A stretch of DNA of 64,000 nucleotides from Deltaproteobacteria bacterium (GCA_029262375.1 JAJCZM010000049.1:3992-67991), one strand, 5' to 3'. Numbered from the stretch's first letter, positions 38,801 through 47,547 are shown. Notes: generated by a model from the sequence alone, not told the origin. A program made the numbers and translations.

Positions 38801-39456
38801 CATTCGGCATCGCAGCCATCGAGATCCGCGCTGTTGCCATCATCGCATTCCTCTCCCGGACCGATATCTCCGTCGCCACACGTAACCAGACCTACGACGA
38901 TGTCGACTACGTACGCCTCGACGGCCCGACCACCAAAACCGCTGACGATGACTTCGTACGAACCGGACACCAAGGACACCTCGAGCGCCGAGCAGGGCCC
39001 CACTCCAGAGTCGTCATCGCGCTCGAGTGTATCGCGGTCCCCGTTGGGGGAGACGGAAAAGATAGCGATCGCCGTATCTGCCGGACACCCTCCCAGGCCG
39101 TCGCTGGTCTCGATCGCCACGCGCGACGCGCCGGTCAACGACAAACTGAACAGATCGAAGGAGCCGTCCGAGAATGCACCGTCGAAGCGACCGCCACCGC
39201 TGGCATCTACCGCCTCGACCATACACTCAGGATCACATCCGTCGCCTGCCACAAAGTTGCCGTCGTCGCACTGCTCAGAGGCATCCACGCTACCGTTGCC
39301 GCAACTCACAACGACCTGACGGTAGCCCGTCCCGTCGGTCGCGAGATCTTGATATCCCTGCTGGGTCCAGCCGACGACGAACGTCGAGCCAGGAGTGGGC
39401 AGCGCTAAGCAAAAGAGAACGAGGAAGGTCAGAAAGACCGAGACCGGCCGATACAT
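35821..39456 (-). CDS. Giant secreted modular protein: ~9 Cys-rich CDDGN-type repeats alternating with ~100-aa beta-sandwich-like modules, C-terminal dockerin-like pair
   Basis: The track ORF runs to 39684. A signal-peptide start MYRPVSVFLTFLVLFCLALPTPG lies at 39456. Repeats are of the form CGDG..D.GEECDDGN...GDGCD..C.VE (Myxococcus cysteine-rich repeat type). The tail is CGDYDGDGIVEASDALGVLRAAVG...CDPSGDGETTSADALLVLRVAVG. Confidence 0.85.
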   Translation of the reverse strand: MYRPVSVFLTFLVLFCLALPTPGSTFVVGWTQQGYQDLATDGTGYRQVVVSCGNGSVDASEQCDDGNFVAGDGCDPECMVEAVDASGGGRFDGAFSDGSFDLFSLSLTGASRVAIETSDGLGGCPADTAIAIFSVSPNGDRDTLERDDDSGVGPCSALEVSLVSGSYEVIVSGFGGRAVEAYVVDIVVGLVTCGDGDIGPGEECDDGNSADLDGCDAECNVESVDIGDGGRFVGGFKAGSFGLFAFTLSSPARLDARLDSSPVPCSYTEDLTLFAVGSDGQRNRIGYSDRDDDRCALMRRSLPEGTYEVVVQSRDRALPYYTLDVTFEDPFCGDGIVDALEECDDSGLTDGDGCDSFCRAEPIDISGGGQFSASIGPGALNRFTFLLSDVRRFSAEINDGIDGCPIPYDTETMLFFTESDGSVSFVAGGTTNALGCSTVVRQLDAGRYELIVSGRDGGAGGSYVLEASMPVPTCGDGTRDPVGVGSGGTGTDDSNPLIGVGSSAASVSLAESEECDDGNTDAGDGCSPVCEVESLDISGGGRFEGGRTSGSFDRYSFTVASLQRIEALVSDGIEGCPDPYDIEMRLYEFTDSGFWVRSGDINAGGCPVLVMTIEQGEYELVIDSRFYDTLPAYVLDVSFSDPQCGDGIVDVGLDIAEECDDGNLSSGDGCDDACIVEATDVTGGGSFDGRFEPRSFDLFTFTLEESLRVSAEVQDGSGGCPFPFDGEMTLYEAESGRPDKYVASGTRNDLGCALLVEALEAGEYVIEVRSYDIEDLGPYVFEVVFEPFACGDGVVDLAAEETCDDGGVAGGDGCDAACDVEPIDITEGGIFESGTAPRVFDIFTLSVDENTRVLAEMTNDVGGCGVPYHHDMILFDVTTGVEVTYVDRGDFNEIGCRTIVRALSPGEYELVVSTYSVASSDTYLLDVEFENPGCGDARVDVGIGEECDDGNLAVDDGCDASCLVEPIEIGDGGRFEGGFEDGESDVYGFTTSTEVRVVLETSDGEGDCSYDTIMTLYLVNETGERVEVAYDDDSGPGYCSFLSHVVAPGTYEFVVAGYNGQAVPFYVVDATFVAPMCGDHFADGSQGEECDGYDDDACPGRCQVTCLCAPTECGNGIVEQGERCDDGNLDNGDVCSMTCGELCGDYDGDGIVEASDALGVLRAAVGLADCNEVDIAVCDPSGDGETTSADALLVLRVAVGTPVPLICPALL

Positions 39457-39856
39457 GGCGATTCTCCTGCAGTCGCTCGGGGCGGCGACGCCAGCCCGCA
39501 ACAATACCGTAGCGCTTCCAACAAGGCCGCGAACGAACCCGACTGCCGGGGCAGTGTCCAGCCGATCAAGCGTTGTCACAAGCTTGGCGGGCCTGACGGC
39601 TGTGACCGCGGGCACGTCTCGGTAGAATCCAAGGCCCCATGTCTTGGAGAAGCACGACTCGAACCGCAAACCCGAGGACATCAAGTTGGCCGTAGCACGT
39701 TATGAAGCTGAGCAGATGCGCCGGTAACGTGAACCGGCGCATCCGCTCCGCATGTCGACGGCACCTTCCTTGACATACGCTCGGTGGAGCCGTTAGCGTC
39801 CCTTACTGCAGGCCTTAACGCGCTTATCCACGTAGAGGCGTAGAGGCTCAGTAGGT

Positions 39857-41695
39857 ATGCGCTCGGGTTGGCCTCTGGCCAACCCAGTTCGCGAATTGCT
39901 CACTCAAAGGGGATCCCCTGTGCTGCGCAAAACACTCAAGCACGCGACAACCACGCTTCTCTCCCTGTTGATCTTGCTACTTCCGACAACTCCGCTGCCC
40001 GCGGATCTCGTACCGTTGGGGCCGGCCGTGGACGCAGGCGGCCAGAGCGTTGGGGCCTCCAACCGAGGACTCTGCGCAGAAGCCGCCGGCGGTTACGTCA
40101 GCCTGTTGAGCGAGCAGTCCACAGGCCCTTGGGTGCAGCTGTTCGACGCCAGCGGCGCTGCAGTCGGCCTGCCGTTCGTCGCCTTTACCGCCAACGGTCC
40201 CGGCCGAGCGCGAGAGATCGCATGCTTTGATACAGGGGGCTTCATCGTAACGTGGACGGCCAATGGTTCATCCGCGTTTCACGAAATCTACTTCCAGCGC
40301 TTCACTGGCGCGGGCGCCAAGATCGGCCCAGAAACGTTGGTGGGAGACGGCGATCACGGTACTTCACAGCAGCACGCCTTGGCAGTGGCACCAGACGGTA
40401 GTTTCGCGCTGGCCTGGAACCAAAACGTGCCGTCTGGAAACGAAGTCGCGATACGGCGCTTCTCACCCGGCGGCATCCCCACGACCAGTGAAATCGGAAC
40501 AGAGATCCCCATGTATCTTAACGACGACATCACTGCCGCAATCGACCCGGTAAGCGACGCGCTCCTCATACGTTGCGAACGCGAGGCACGTGGATTCGAC
40601 GCTGCTGGAACACCGCTCGGGCCCACCGTTTTGGTTGACGTCGAGTATCCTGGTGGTCTCGATCTCTGTTTCACTCCGACTGGAGAAGCGTTGGGCGTTT
40701 CGATCCGAAACTATTACCCAGGCGTCAAGGGACAGCGATTGGACACGACCGGAAACCCGATCGGTACCGAGTTCGCCATCAACACCTACACCAGCGGCTC
40801 ACACGGTGCTCCCGTGATCGACTGCCTACCGACGGGGGACTTCATCGTCGCATGGGCGCAGGATGGAGACCGATTCGCTCAGGATGGCAGCGGTTCGGGC
40901 ACCTTCATGCGTCGTCTCGACGCTCTCGGGGCACCCCTCGGTCAGGAACGGGCGGTGAACAACTATAGGCGCTCAAACCAGGTTCCGGCAGGAATCTCGA
41001 TGCAGACGGATCGAATCTTCGTTTCCTACGACGGTGTCGTGCGCATGTTCTGCGAGGATACCGACCCAACATGCATATTCCGCTGCGCACCGGGTGGATC
41101 GGATACAGATACGGACGGGGACGGGCTGCCCGATGAATGTGATCCGTGCTTGAACTTGGCGGGAAGCGCAGAGATCACAGTCAAGCCAAAGATCGCGTTG
41201 CGTACGAGCAACGAGAACGACTCCGGCCTCACCAAGATGAGTTTCTCAGGCGACGTGACAATACCAGGCGGCTTCTCGAGCATCGACCCCGCATCGGCTC
41301 CCACACGCATCGTCGTTGGCTCCCAAGCGGGCGAGATTATCGACGTGGTCCTGCCCGGCGGACCACCTTGGTCTCTCAACGGACCCGGCACCTCGTGGAA
41401 ATACAAGGACAAGACGTTGGCGCCGATAGACGGCGTAACGAGCATCAAGATCACCGACCGTTCCGCCAAGGAAATCGACCAGGTCCGATTCAAGGTGAAG
41501 GCGAAGGGCAGCCGAAAGTTCTCGATCCACGTTCAGTACCCACTCATCCCGGCGGACGTTCCGCCTACCGCAACCATCGTGTTCGGCGACGATGCTGCCG
41601 GCGCTGCAGGCCGTTGCGGCGAGACAGACTTCAATGCCGGCGATTGCAAATTCTCCGACACGCTCGTCCGACGCCTAAGCTGTAAGAAAAAATAG
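39857..41695 (+). CDS. Secreted repeat protein (degenerate ~45-aa G.F.V.W...R.F repeats, TSP3-like DTDGDGLPDECDPC, K-rich C-terminal module)
   Basis: 612 aa. A hydrophobic signal segment LLSLLILLLPTTPLPA is present. An alternative GTG start near 39920 is preceded by AAGGGGA. Confidence 0.7.
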   Translation: MRSGWPLANPVRELLTQRGSPVLRKTLKHATTTLLSLLILLLPTTPLPADLVPLGPAVDAGGQSVGASNRGLCAEAAGGYVSLLSEQSTGPWVQLFDASGAAVGLPFVAFTANGPGRAREIACFDTGGFIVTWTANGSSAFHEIYFQRFTGAGAKIGPETLVGDGDHGTSQQHALAVAPDGSFALAWNQNVPSGNEVAIRRFSPGGIPTTSEIGTEIPMYLNDDITAAIDPVSDALLIRCEREARGFDAAGTPLGPTVLVDVEYPGGLDLCFTPTGEALGVSIRNYYPGVKGQRLDTTGNPIGTEFAINTYTSGSHGAPVIDCLPTGDFIVAWAQDGDRFAQDGSGSGTFMRRLDALGAPLGQERAVNNYRRSNQVPAGISMQTDRIFVSYDGVVRMFCEDTDPTCIFRCAPGGSDTDTDGDGLPDECDPCLNLAGSAEITVKPKIALRTSNENDSGLTKMSFSGDVTIPGGFSSIDPASAPTRIVVGSQAGEIIDVVLPGGPPWSLNGPGTSWKYKDKTLAPIDGVTSIKITDRSAKEIDQVRFKVKAKGSRKFSIHVQYPLIPADVPPTATIVFGDDAAGAAGRCGETDFNAGDCKFSDTLVRRLSCKKK

Positions 41696-41824
41696 AGAGG
41701 CGACGGCATCGAAGCGATAGCTGAGAACGGGCGCGTGATCACACGTCGAGTTCAGTCGGCTAATTGTTGGTAGGTGGCAGACATGACGATTCAGGATCGC
41801 CGAAAGCTTCTCCATCTGCATCCC

Positions 41825-41889
41825 GGCTTCGTGCGCAAGCGGCTTGCAGCACCGAAGTTGCCGAACAGGAACTCGCGTACGGGCTCGAC
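41825..41889 (+). pseudogene. Remnant of a higA 3' end
   Basis: GGCTTCGTGCGCAAGCGGCTTGCAGCACCGAAGTTGCCGAACAGGAACTCGCGTACGGGCTCGA matches 35596-35660 of higA-2 with only a handful of mismatches. No upstream higA/higB sequence remains. Confidence 0.7.
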
Positions 41890-42806
41890 TAATAAGAACG
41901 AAGCCGACGGGCCATGTCGCGGACAATTGCGTCGAGCAGCGAATCGTACTTCTTACGATCTCGTGACGTGCGCGAGTCATCCCGATAGACGGCAGAAGGG
42001 TCGCGACTTCGCTTCATCCGCTGTCGCTCGGCAACCGTTCCCCAAGGTTTGCAGTCGCCGGTCCGATCGCAGGCCCATTTGGTAGAGTAGCGGCCGCTGG
42101 GTGTTTCGCCACCGGCCAGCGGGACTTTCCAATCGTAGAACCAGATCGCCTCGCCCGTCTTCGTAGACATCGCTGTGGCGCTGAGGTTCACGCTGTAGAA
42201 GCTGCCGCGCATCCAGTGAGTGCGTTCATAATTATCTACAATCTCACCCGCCTCTCTGACGCGCCGTCGCCGCCCGTCCGCGATGGGCTTTCCGCGCGCC
42301 CCGAATTTATCCGACGAAAAGTATTTCCTGTCCCAATCCGTGACGTCGTCGGTGTCTGTCGTCATCTCGAGAGAGTTGATTACCAGCAACAAGTCCGCTC
42401 CCAAGTCTCCGGCGACCTCAGCAGAGCTACTCGCGCTGTCATGAACCCGATCCTTGATCGCCTTCGACGAGACGACTCGGTACCCCTCGTCCACCAATGC
42501 GCGCTCAACGTGCGACATCTCTCGCCCGCAGCTCGACAGCAGTCGTGCGGTCGTGTCGCCGGAGATGCTGGCCTCAGGGGTTCGGTAACTCGGCCCACTG
42601 GCGCAAGCTTCGGGCGCACTCACCGCAATGGTCTGCGCGCTTGAAATCGCCTCCCGAGACTTCTCCGACTCGGAGACTCGTGGAGAATTGTCGCTGCGTG
42701 TCGGGCCGAGTACGTAGCTCGACTCTATTTCGTAAAACTTCCAGCCCGAGCAACCGGCGATCAACACGATGCACGCACCAACGATTGTTCTCGATATTCC
42801 GTTCAT
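41889..42806 (-). CDS. Hypothetical lipoprotein
   Basis: 305 aa. MNGISRTIVGACIVLIAGCSG carries the lipobox LIAGC. I recognise no family. Confidence 0.65.
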   Translation of the reverse strand: MNGISRTIVGACIVLIAGCSGWKFYEIESSYVLGPTRSDNSPRVSESEKSREAISSAQTIAVSAPEACASGPSYRTPEASISGDTTARLLSSCGREMSHVERALVDEGYRVVSSKAIKDRVHDSASSSAEVAGDLGADLLLVINSLEMTTDTDDVTDWDRKYFSSDKFGARGKPIADGRRRRVREAGEIVDNYERTHWMRGSFYSVNLSATAMSTKTGEAIWFYDWKVPLAGGETPSGRYSTKWACDRTGDCKPWGTVAERQRMKRSRDPSAVYRDDSRTSRDRKKYDSLLDAIVRDMARRLRSY

Positions 42807-42884
42807 TGAGCCCCCAATACTCCCAGAGTCCTCTATGCGGCAGCACTACTCCTACGTCTCTGCCGTGCTCGTCAGCGTCTGTCG

Positions 42885-43622
42885 TCAGCCGCCGATATTG
42901 ACCGTGCAGGAGTCCGGCGCTCGCGGTGTCCCATCGGCGGGCAACGCACAATTGAGTCGGACCTTCTTGCTCATGTCCGCACCGATGCTCATCGCCAAGG
43001 TCCCATGGCCGTAGGTGCCTGACGTTCCTCGCCAACTGCAATGTACTCGAGTCGGTTCCGATCGGCATTCGGAGGGGGCATCCCCCATCAACGTGCTGAG
43101 TTCAAAGGCAGTACGTAAACCCGCGAGGTGCTGCTTGGCTTCGACGGCAAGTCTCTCCATTGCGCCCGAAAGCCGCCGCGTTGGGCGTCCGAAGCGCTCT
43201 GCCCCGCTCGCCTCGCGCCGGTAGTACGTTCGATTCGAGCGCTGCGAGTGTACGCTGCACGAGTCTTTGCCTCGCGGAGATTCATCGGGCGGGAGTTCAC
43301 ACACCAGATTCAAACGATCGCCGGTGCGCAACACCTTGGCCAGGGCGCGCCAACCGCTCTCCTTACTGCCGAGGTGCCACACGCAGATGCTCGCTCCGCG
43401 CGGAACCCCCTGGCAACGCGCCGGCGTGTTGCCGACAAACGCACTGATGTCTGTGAGCGTTCGGTGGGGTGCCAGAGTCTCGCGCACGGTCTCGATCGAT
43501 CCACGGTACTCTTCGGCCGGTGTCAGTCCGGCGAGCCCGTCGGCTCGGGCCGAAGACGCGACAAGGACACTGATCGAAGCAGCAACAACGATGGTGACGT
43601 AAACGTGAATCTTGGTCGGCAT
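42885..43622 (-). CDS. Secreted hypothetical protein with internal duplication
   Basis: 245 aa with a signal peptide (VYVTIVVAASISVLVASSARA). Contains two similar ~75-aa halves ending ...LNLVCELPPDESPRGKDSCSVH and ...VRLNCALPADGTPRAPDSCTVN. Confidence 0.6.
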   Translation of the reverse strand: MPTKIHVYVTIVVAASISVLVASSARADGLAGLTPAEEYRGSIETVRETLAPHRTLTDISAFVGNTPARCQGVPRGASICVWHLGSKESGWRALAKVLRTGDRLNLVCELPPDESPRGKDSCSVHSQRSNRTYYRREASGAERFGRPTRRLSGAMERLAVEAKQHLAGLRTAFELSTLMGDAPSECRSEPTRVHCSWRGTSGTYGHGTLAMSIGADMSKKVRLNCALPADGTPRAPDSCTVNIGG

Positions 43623-43964
43623 ATTGACGGTCTCCTCGATGTGAGAATCCTGATCGGAACTTCACGCTAGCGGTTGGTATGCCCTATCGCGCATGCCGAC
43701 CTGAAACCACTTGTGCCTCAAGGCACTGTTCCCGTCAGCGGTCATCCGCCACACCGTCTGCCTCTCCCGTTCTCGCAGAGTTATCGAGGCGTCGAAGCGC
43801 TGCCGGCCGAGCAGCGAGATGAGGGATCCCCCTCATACACGCTTCGCTCTCCTCGCGACTATTCTCGCCTCCCTCGTCTTGGTTCGAGACGAGTGAACTC
43901 GCTCACAGTTCGGCCGTGCGTCGCGGCTCGCTTCTGCTACGGTCGGGTCACGCGGAGGGACATC

Positions 43965-46310
43965 ATGGGGACATTCCACACGCAGGCGATCCGTTTCAAA
44001 AACATCTTTGTCGTTGTCGGTTTCGCTATATCGATTGCGACGCTGATGCCGCTTCATTTGGCTCACGCCACTCACGAAACGAGCGCCGGTGAGATAGAAG
44101 GCCGGCCGGCAGCTGTGTTTCGTCGCGTCTGTCTTGCAGGCACGAGCGCTGGTTCACTTTGCAAACAGGACTCGGAGTGTCCGGGATCCTCGTGCGCCGA
44201 GAAGAACATCTTCAACATCTCGGTCGCGTTCGAATATGACGCACCCACAGCAGACATCGACTCGATCAAAAAGCTGATTACAGACACGTCCGCGGTCCTG
44301 CTTGACGTCACCGACGGACAGGCGGAGATCGGCCAAGCGACCATCCACAATAACGCGAGCTCGACTACTCAGGCAGACCTGCGCGTTTATCCGAGCACCA
44401 ATGACAATTGGTGGTGGGCGATGTCCGGGCACTATCGCACCGGCGGAAGCATGAACGTGTCGATCAACTACGTGAGTTCGACCGTCAACCAGGGAGCTAT
44501 CCTGGCGCATGAGTTCGTTCACCTCGTGTTCGACGCACGCGACGAGTACGAAACACGACCCGGATGCGGTGCAACAACCGGGAACGCGACTTGTCCCGAT
44601 ACGACCACGATCACCGGTGGCGAGACCGTATGCTTGATGGACAGCAACGGCAGTGAGCTGTGCTGGGGACAGGGAGATTCGACGGACCTCACTGACATCT
44701 CGGGCGGGAACCACGACGCAACCAACGTGACAGAACAGTCCGAGTGCAGATCGGACCGGTCGTGTTGGGATCAGGTCGTGCACTCATGGCCGAGTACATT
44801 CCTCAAGCCGACCGGTGCACCGGAGGCAGGCACAAACGGGCGTAGCGTCGTTCCGCCCAAGTTCATCGAGACCGACGAAACCGTACGGGTCGTTCTCGTC
44901 TTGGACGAATCGGGAAGTATGAATCTCGAGTCTCCGTCGCGCATGGAGAGGCTGAAGGTAGCCGCGAAAGACTTCGTGGCGTTGGCGGAGGACGATACCG
45001 AAGTCGGAATAGTCTCGTATTCAACAGACGCTCTAGGCACGAGCGGGCGCGTCAACGTCCCGATCGCTGCACTCACGTCCAATCGCGCAACGTGGACGAA
45101 CGCGATCGATGGAATGTCTCCCGACGACATGACGAACATCGGGGACGGGCTGCGCGAAGCAAAACAGATGATCGTTGACGCCGGTGGTGTGACCGGCAGC
45201 ACTTTCGTGGTGCTGATGACTGACGGCCTCAACAACCAGCCGCCTCCACAGTCCAACGCCGATTCCGACCTCCAGAGCGCGATCGACGACCTACTCGCTT
45301 CGAGTATTCCTGTTTACGTTACTTGTACTGGAGGCGATCTCGGCGTGCAGTCACAGTGCTCCGAGATAGCGACCGGGACTGGCGGCTTTTACGTGGACTC
45401 CGCCGACGCCGCGAGATTGCCGGAAGCGTTTGTCGGTTTTCACGAGCGCGTAGCGGGAAGAGAAGGGATCAGCTCGACAGAGGGCGTGTTCTCAAAAGCA
45501 TCGTCACTCGGAACTACGACCTTCTACGTCGACGAGGGCTCTGAGTTGGCGACGTTCACGCTGGTCTGGTCGGATCCGTCGACGAGCGCGGCGATGTTCG
45601 CAATCGACCCCGACGGCAACAGTTACCGCAGCCTCAGCATGCCGCAGGGACGCTACGTGCGCGTGCAAACACCAAAACCCGGCGACTGGACTCTGCGGAT
45701 CGATCCCAGCGGTGTGTCGGACAGCCCTTTCGTTGCGCGGGCATTTACCGAGAATCGAGTAAATAGCCTCCACGCTGCGGTACGTTACGCGTCCGTCTTG
45801 CCCGGCGGCGAGATCTACATTTACGGCTTTCCCAGAAGCCACCGTGGGGCGGTGACCCACGATAGTGCGACCCTCGATGCTACGATCACACGCCCGGACG
45901 GTACGAAAGAAATGGTCGAGCTGCACGACCGCGGGCGAGATGCGACCGGCCATGGCGACGATATTCCAGCCGACGGCGTGTTCACTGGGATCTATCGAAA
46001 CGCCTCGCTGAAGGGTGCCTACACGATCCTCGTTAGCGCCGACGTTAACGAATGGGAGCAGGGACACGACGCGCACGAACGCGACCCAGACTACAAGAGT
46101 CCCCGATTTACGCGCGAGATTCGCCTATCGGCCGCAGTTGGGGACCCCGATGACGTCGTGGTCCGACCGGAAGATCGGCCGGACGACAAGCCGACGCCGA
46201 CCGAGTTCGAGAAGTGGGTCCGATGCGTGCTCATCGCGATCGTAGTGCTGCTGATTCTGATTCTGCTGATGACCTGGTTCTGTTGCTGTGGCAGGAGGGC
46301 GCGGGGTTGA
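43965..46310 (+). CDS. CLCA-like zinc metalloprotease + von Willebrand A domain protein with C-terminal TM anchor
   Basis: The track ORF starts at 43674. The ATG at 43965 follows GGAGGGA and gives a signal/TM start. HEFVHLVFDARDEYE has the same HExxH-x7-E spacing as HEWAHLRWGVFDEY of CLCA proteins. The VWA MIDAS motif is VLVLDESGSM. The tail is CVLIAIVVLLILILLMTWFCCCGRRARG. Confidence 0.75.
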   Translation: MGTFHTQAIRFKNIFVVVGFAISIATLMPLHLAHATHETSAGEIEGRPAAVFRRVCLAGTSAGSLCKQDSECPGSSCAEKNIFNISVAFEYDAPTADIDSIKKLITDTSAVLLDVTDGQAEIGQATIHNNASSTTQADLRVYPSTNDNWWWAMSGHYRTGGSMNVSINYVSSTVNQGAILAHEFVHLVFDARDEYETRPGCGATTGNATCPDTTTITGGETVCLMDSNGSELCWGQGDSTDLTDISGGNHDATNVTEQSECRSDRSCWDQVVHSWPSTFLKPTGAPEAGTNGRSVVPPKFIETDETVRVVLVLDESGSMNLESPSRMERLKVAAKDFVALAEDDTEVGIVSYSTDALGTSGRVNVPIAALTSNRATWTNAIDGMSPDDMTNIGDGLREAKQMIVDAGGVTGSTFVVLMTDGLNNQPPPQSNADSDLQSAIDDLLASSIPVYVTCTGGDLGVQSQCSEIATGTGGFYVDSADAARLPEAFVGFHERVAGREGISSTEGVFSKASSLGTTTFYVDEGSELATFTLVWSDPSTSAAMFAIDPDGNSYRSLSMPQGRYVRVQTPKPGDWTLRIDPSGVSDSPFVARAFTENRVNSLHAAVRYASVLPGGEIYIYGFPRSHRGAVTHDSATLDATITRPDGTKEMVELHDRGRDATGHGDDIPADGVFTGIYRNASLKGAYTILVSADVNEWEQGHDAHERDPDYKSPRFTREIRLSAAVGDPDDVVVRPEDRPDDKPTPTEFEKWVRCVLIAIVVLLILILLMTWFCCCGRRARG

Positions 46311-46389
46311 AGCATCGAGCCTACCCCCAAACCGCTCCAGAACACTTCGCGCAGCGGCAAGGATCCCACTCTCGCTCAGCAACGCCGTT

Positions 46390-47547
46390 CTACTGATCCG
46401 CGCAAAGCGCCCCGTCGCAGAAGTCGGTCAGGCAATCGGCGTTTACCGTACAAGCCGTGGGGGCCTGGCAGCGGTACAGCAGCCCGCCCGCGTTTAGGTC
46501 GTAGTTGCACGTCAGCGACCCGCAACAGGTTCGCGCAACGCCGGCGCCAAAGGCATCGCCGCAGAAAGTGCCCTCGCCGCCGCAACAGGTGAAGTCGGGC
46601 AAGCAGGTGTCACCTTCTTCGCACTCAAACGGTTCGGCGCATGAGTTCGAGATGCACTGGAGGTTGCCGCCGAATAATCCACCCGGCATCGAGATCACGA
46701 TTGAGGGTACGCAGCAGGGCAGTCCAGGGATAGAAGGGCTGAACTGGCTGCAGCACAGACACTCGTTGCCGGCCTCGAGCGTGCCACAGCCCACGAACGG
46801 ATCTTGATGGATAGGGTTCCCGGAGAGATCGCAGGAGGACGGCCCGTCGCATTCTTCGCTCCCCGAGACGACCCCGTCGCCGCAGACGGCCGGCGAGATG
46901 ACGCCGACGATACTCTCTTCGTCACAATCGGCGAAAGCCGGGATGGGCGCGTCGGCGCCCGAGAAGCTACCGGCTTGATCTTTGCTGATGCTCGCACCGG
47001 TGAAGGCTGCGCAAAGGCGTTCGGCTTCGCCTGCTACGTCCCAGCGCCACCGTATCGCGACACCTCCCGTGGGTGCGTCGAGCGGAAGGACAGCATCCTT
47101 CAGTTTGATCTTCAAGCCACGCCCCTGTCGCCACAGAACCAACTTGACGTCGGACTGTTCATCCGGCGCGCCCTTGTGGCGAAACCTGTGCTTGAACTTG
47201 CCGCCGCTGCCAGAGAACTCCAGATATGGATCAGAAGAACCACCCGCGGAGGGATCATCCTTTCGCAACGGCGCGACACCACCGTTCGGTCCCGCCAGCG
47301 AGAACACGCTAATTCCGACGTCGAACGCTGAGAGCGCAGACGAAGGCGGTGTCGGGAACGGGATGTTCACATCCTTCGCAATGAACAGCAGGCTCGATTT
47401 ACCCGTTGCCGAGCGCTTCAGGCGAATCTTCTTGCCGGCGATCACGTGGTCGGCTGCGGTCGTCGTCGACGCCGACAAAAACGTCCCACAAACCGCGAAA
47501 ATCGCGACCATCATCACTCCCCTGAGGTCGGTATGACTTGCAATCAT
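46390..47547 (-). CDS. Secreted protein: K-rich N-terminal module + Cys-rich C-terminal half
   Basis: 385 aa with a signal peptide (VMMVAIFAVCGTFLSASTTTA). Has one CGDGVVSGSEECDG repeat followed by a dense Cys region. Confidence 0.65.
   Translation of the reverse strand: MIASHTDLRGVMMVAIFAVCGTFLSASTTTAADHVIAGKKIRLKRSATGKSSLLFIAKDVNIPFPTPPSSALSAFDVGISVFSLAGPNGGVAPLRKDDPSAGGSSDPYLEFSGSGGKFKHRFRHKGAPDEQSDVKLVLWRQGRGLKIKLKDAVLPLDAPTGGVAIRWRWDVAGEAERLCAAFTGASISKDQAGSFSGADAPIPAFADCDEESIVGVISPAVCGDGVVSGSEECDGPSSCDLSGNPIHQDPFVGCGTLEAGNECLCCSQFSPSIPGLPCCVPSIVISMPGGLFGGNLQCISNSCAEPFECEEGDTCLPDFTCCGGEGTFCGDAFGAGVARTCCGSLTCNYDLNAGGLLYRCQAPTACTVNADCLTDFCDGALCADQ

Noticed and set aside
43674-43964. TTG start at 43674 for the CLCA-like gene
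   Set aside because: The first 97 codons are Pro/Arg-rich and run through the intergenic palindrome. The ATG at 43965 has a GGAGGGA RBS and is followed by a hydrophobic signal/anchor.
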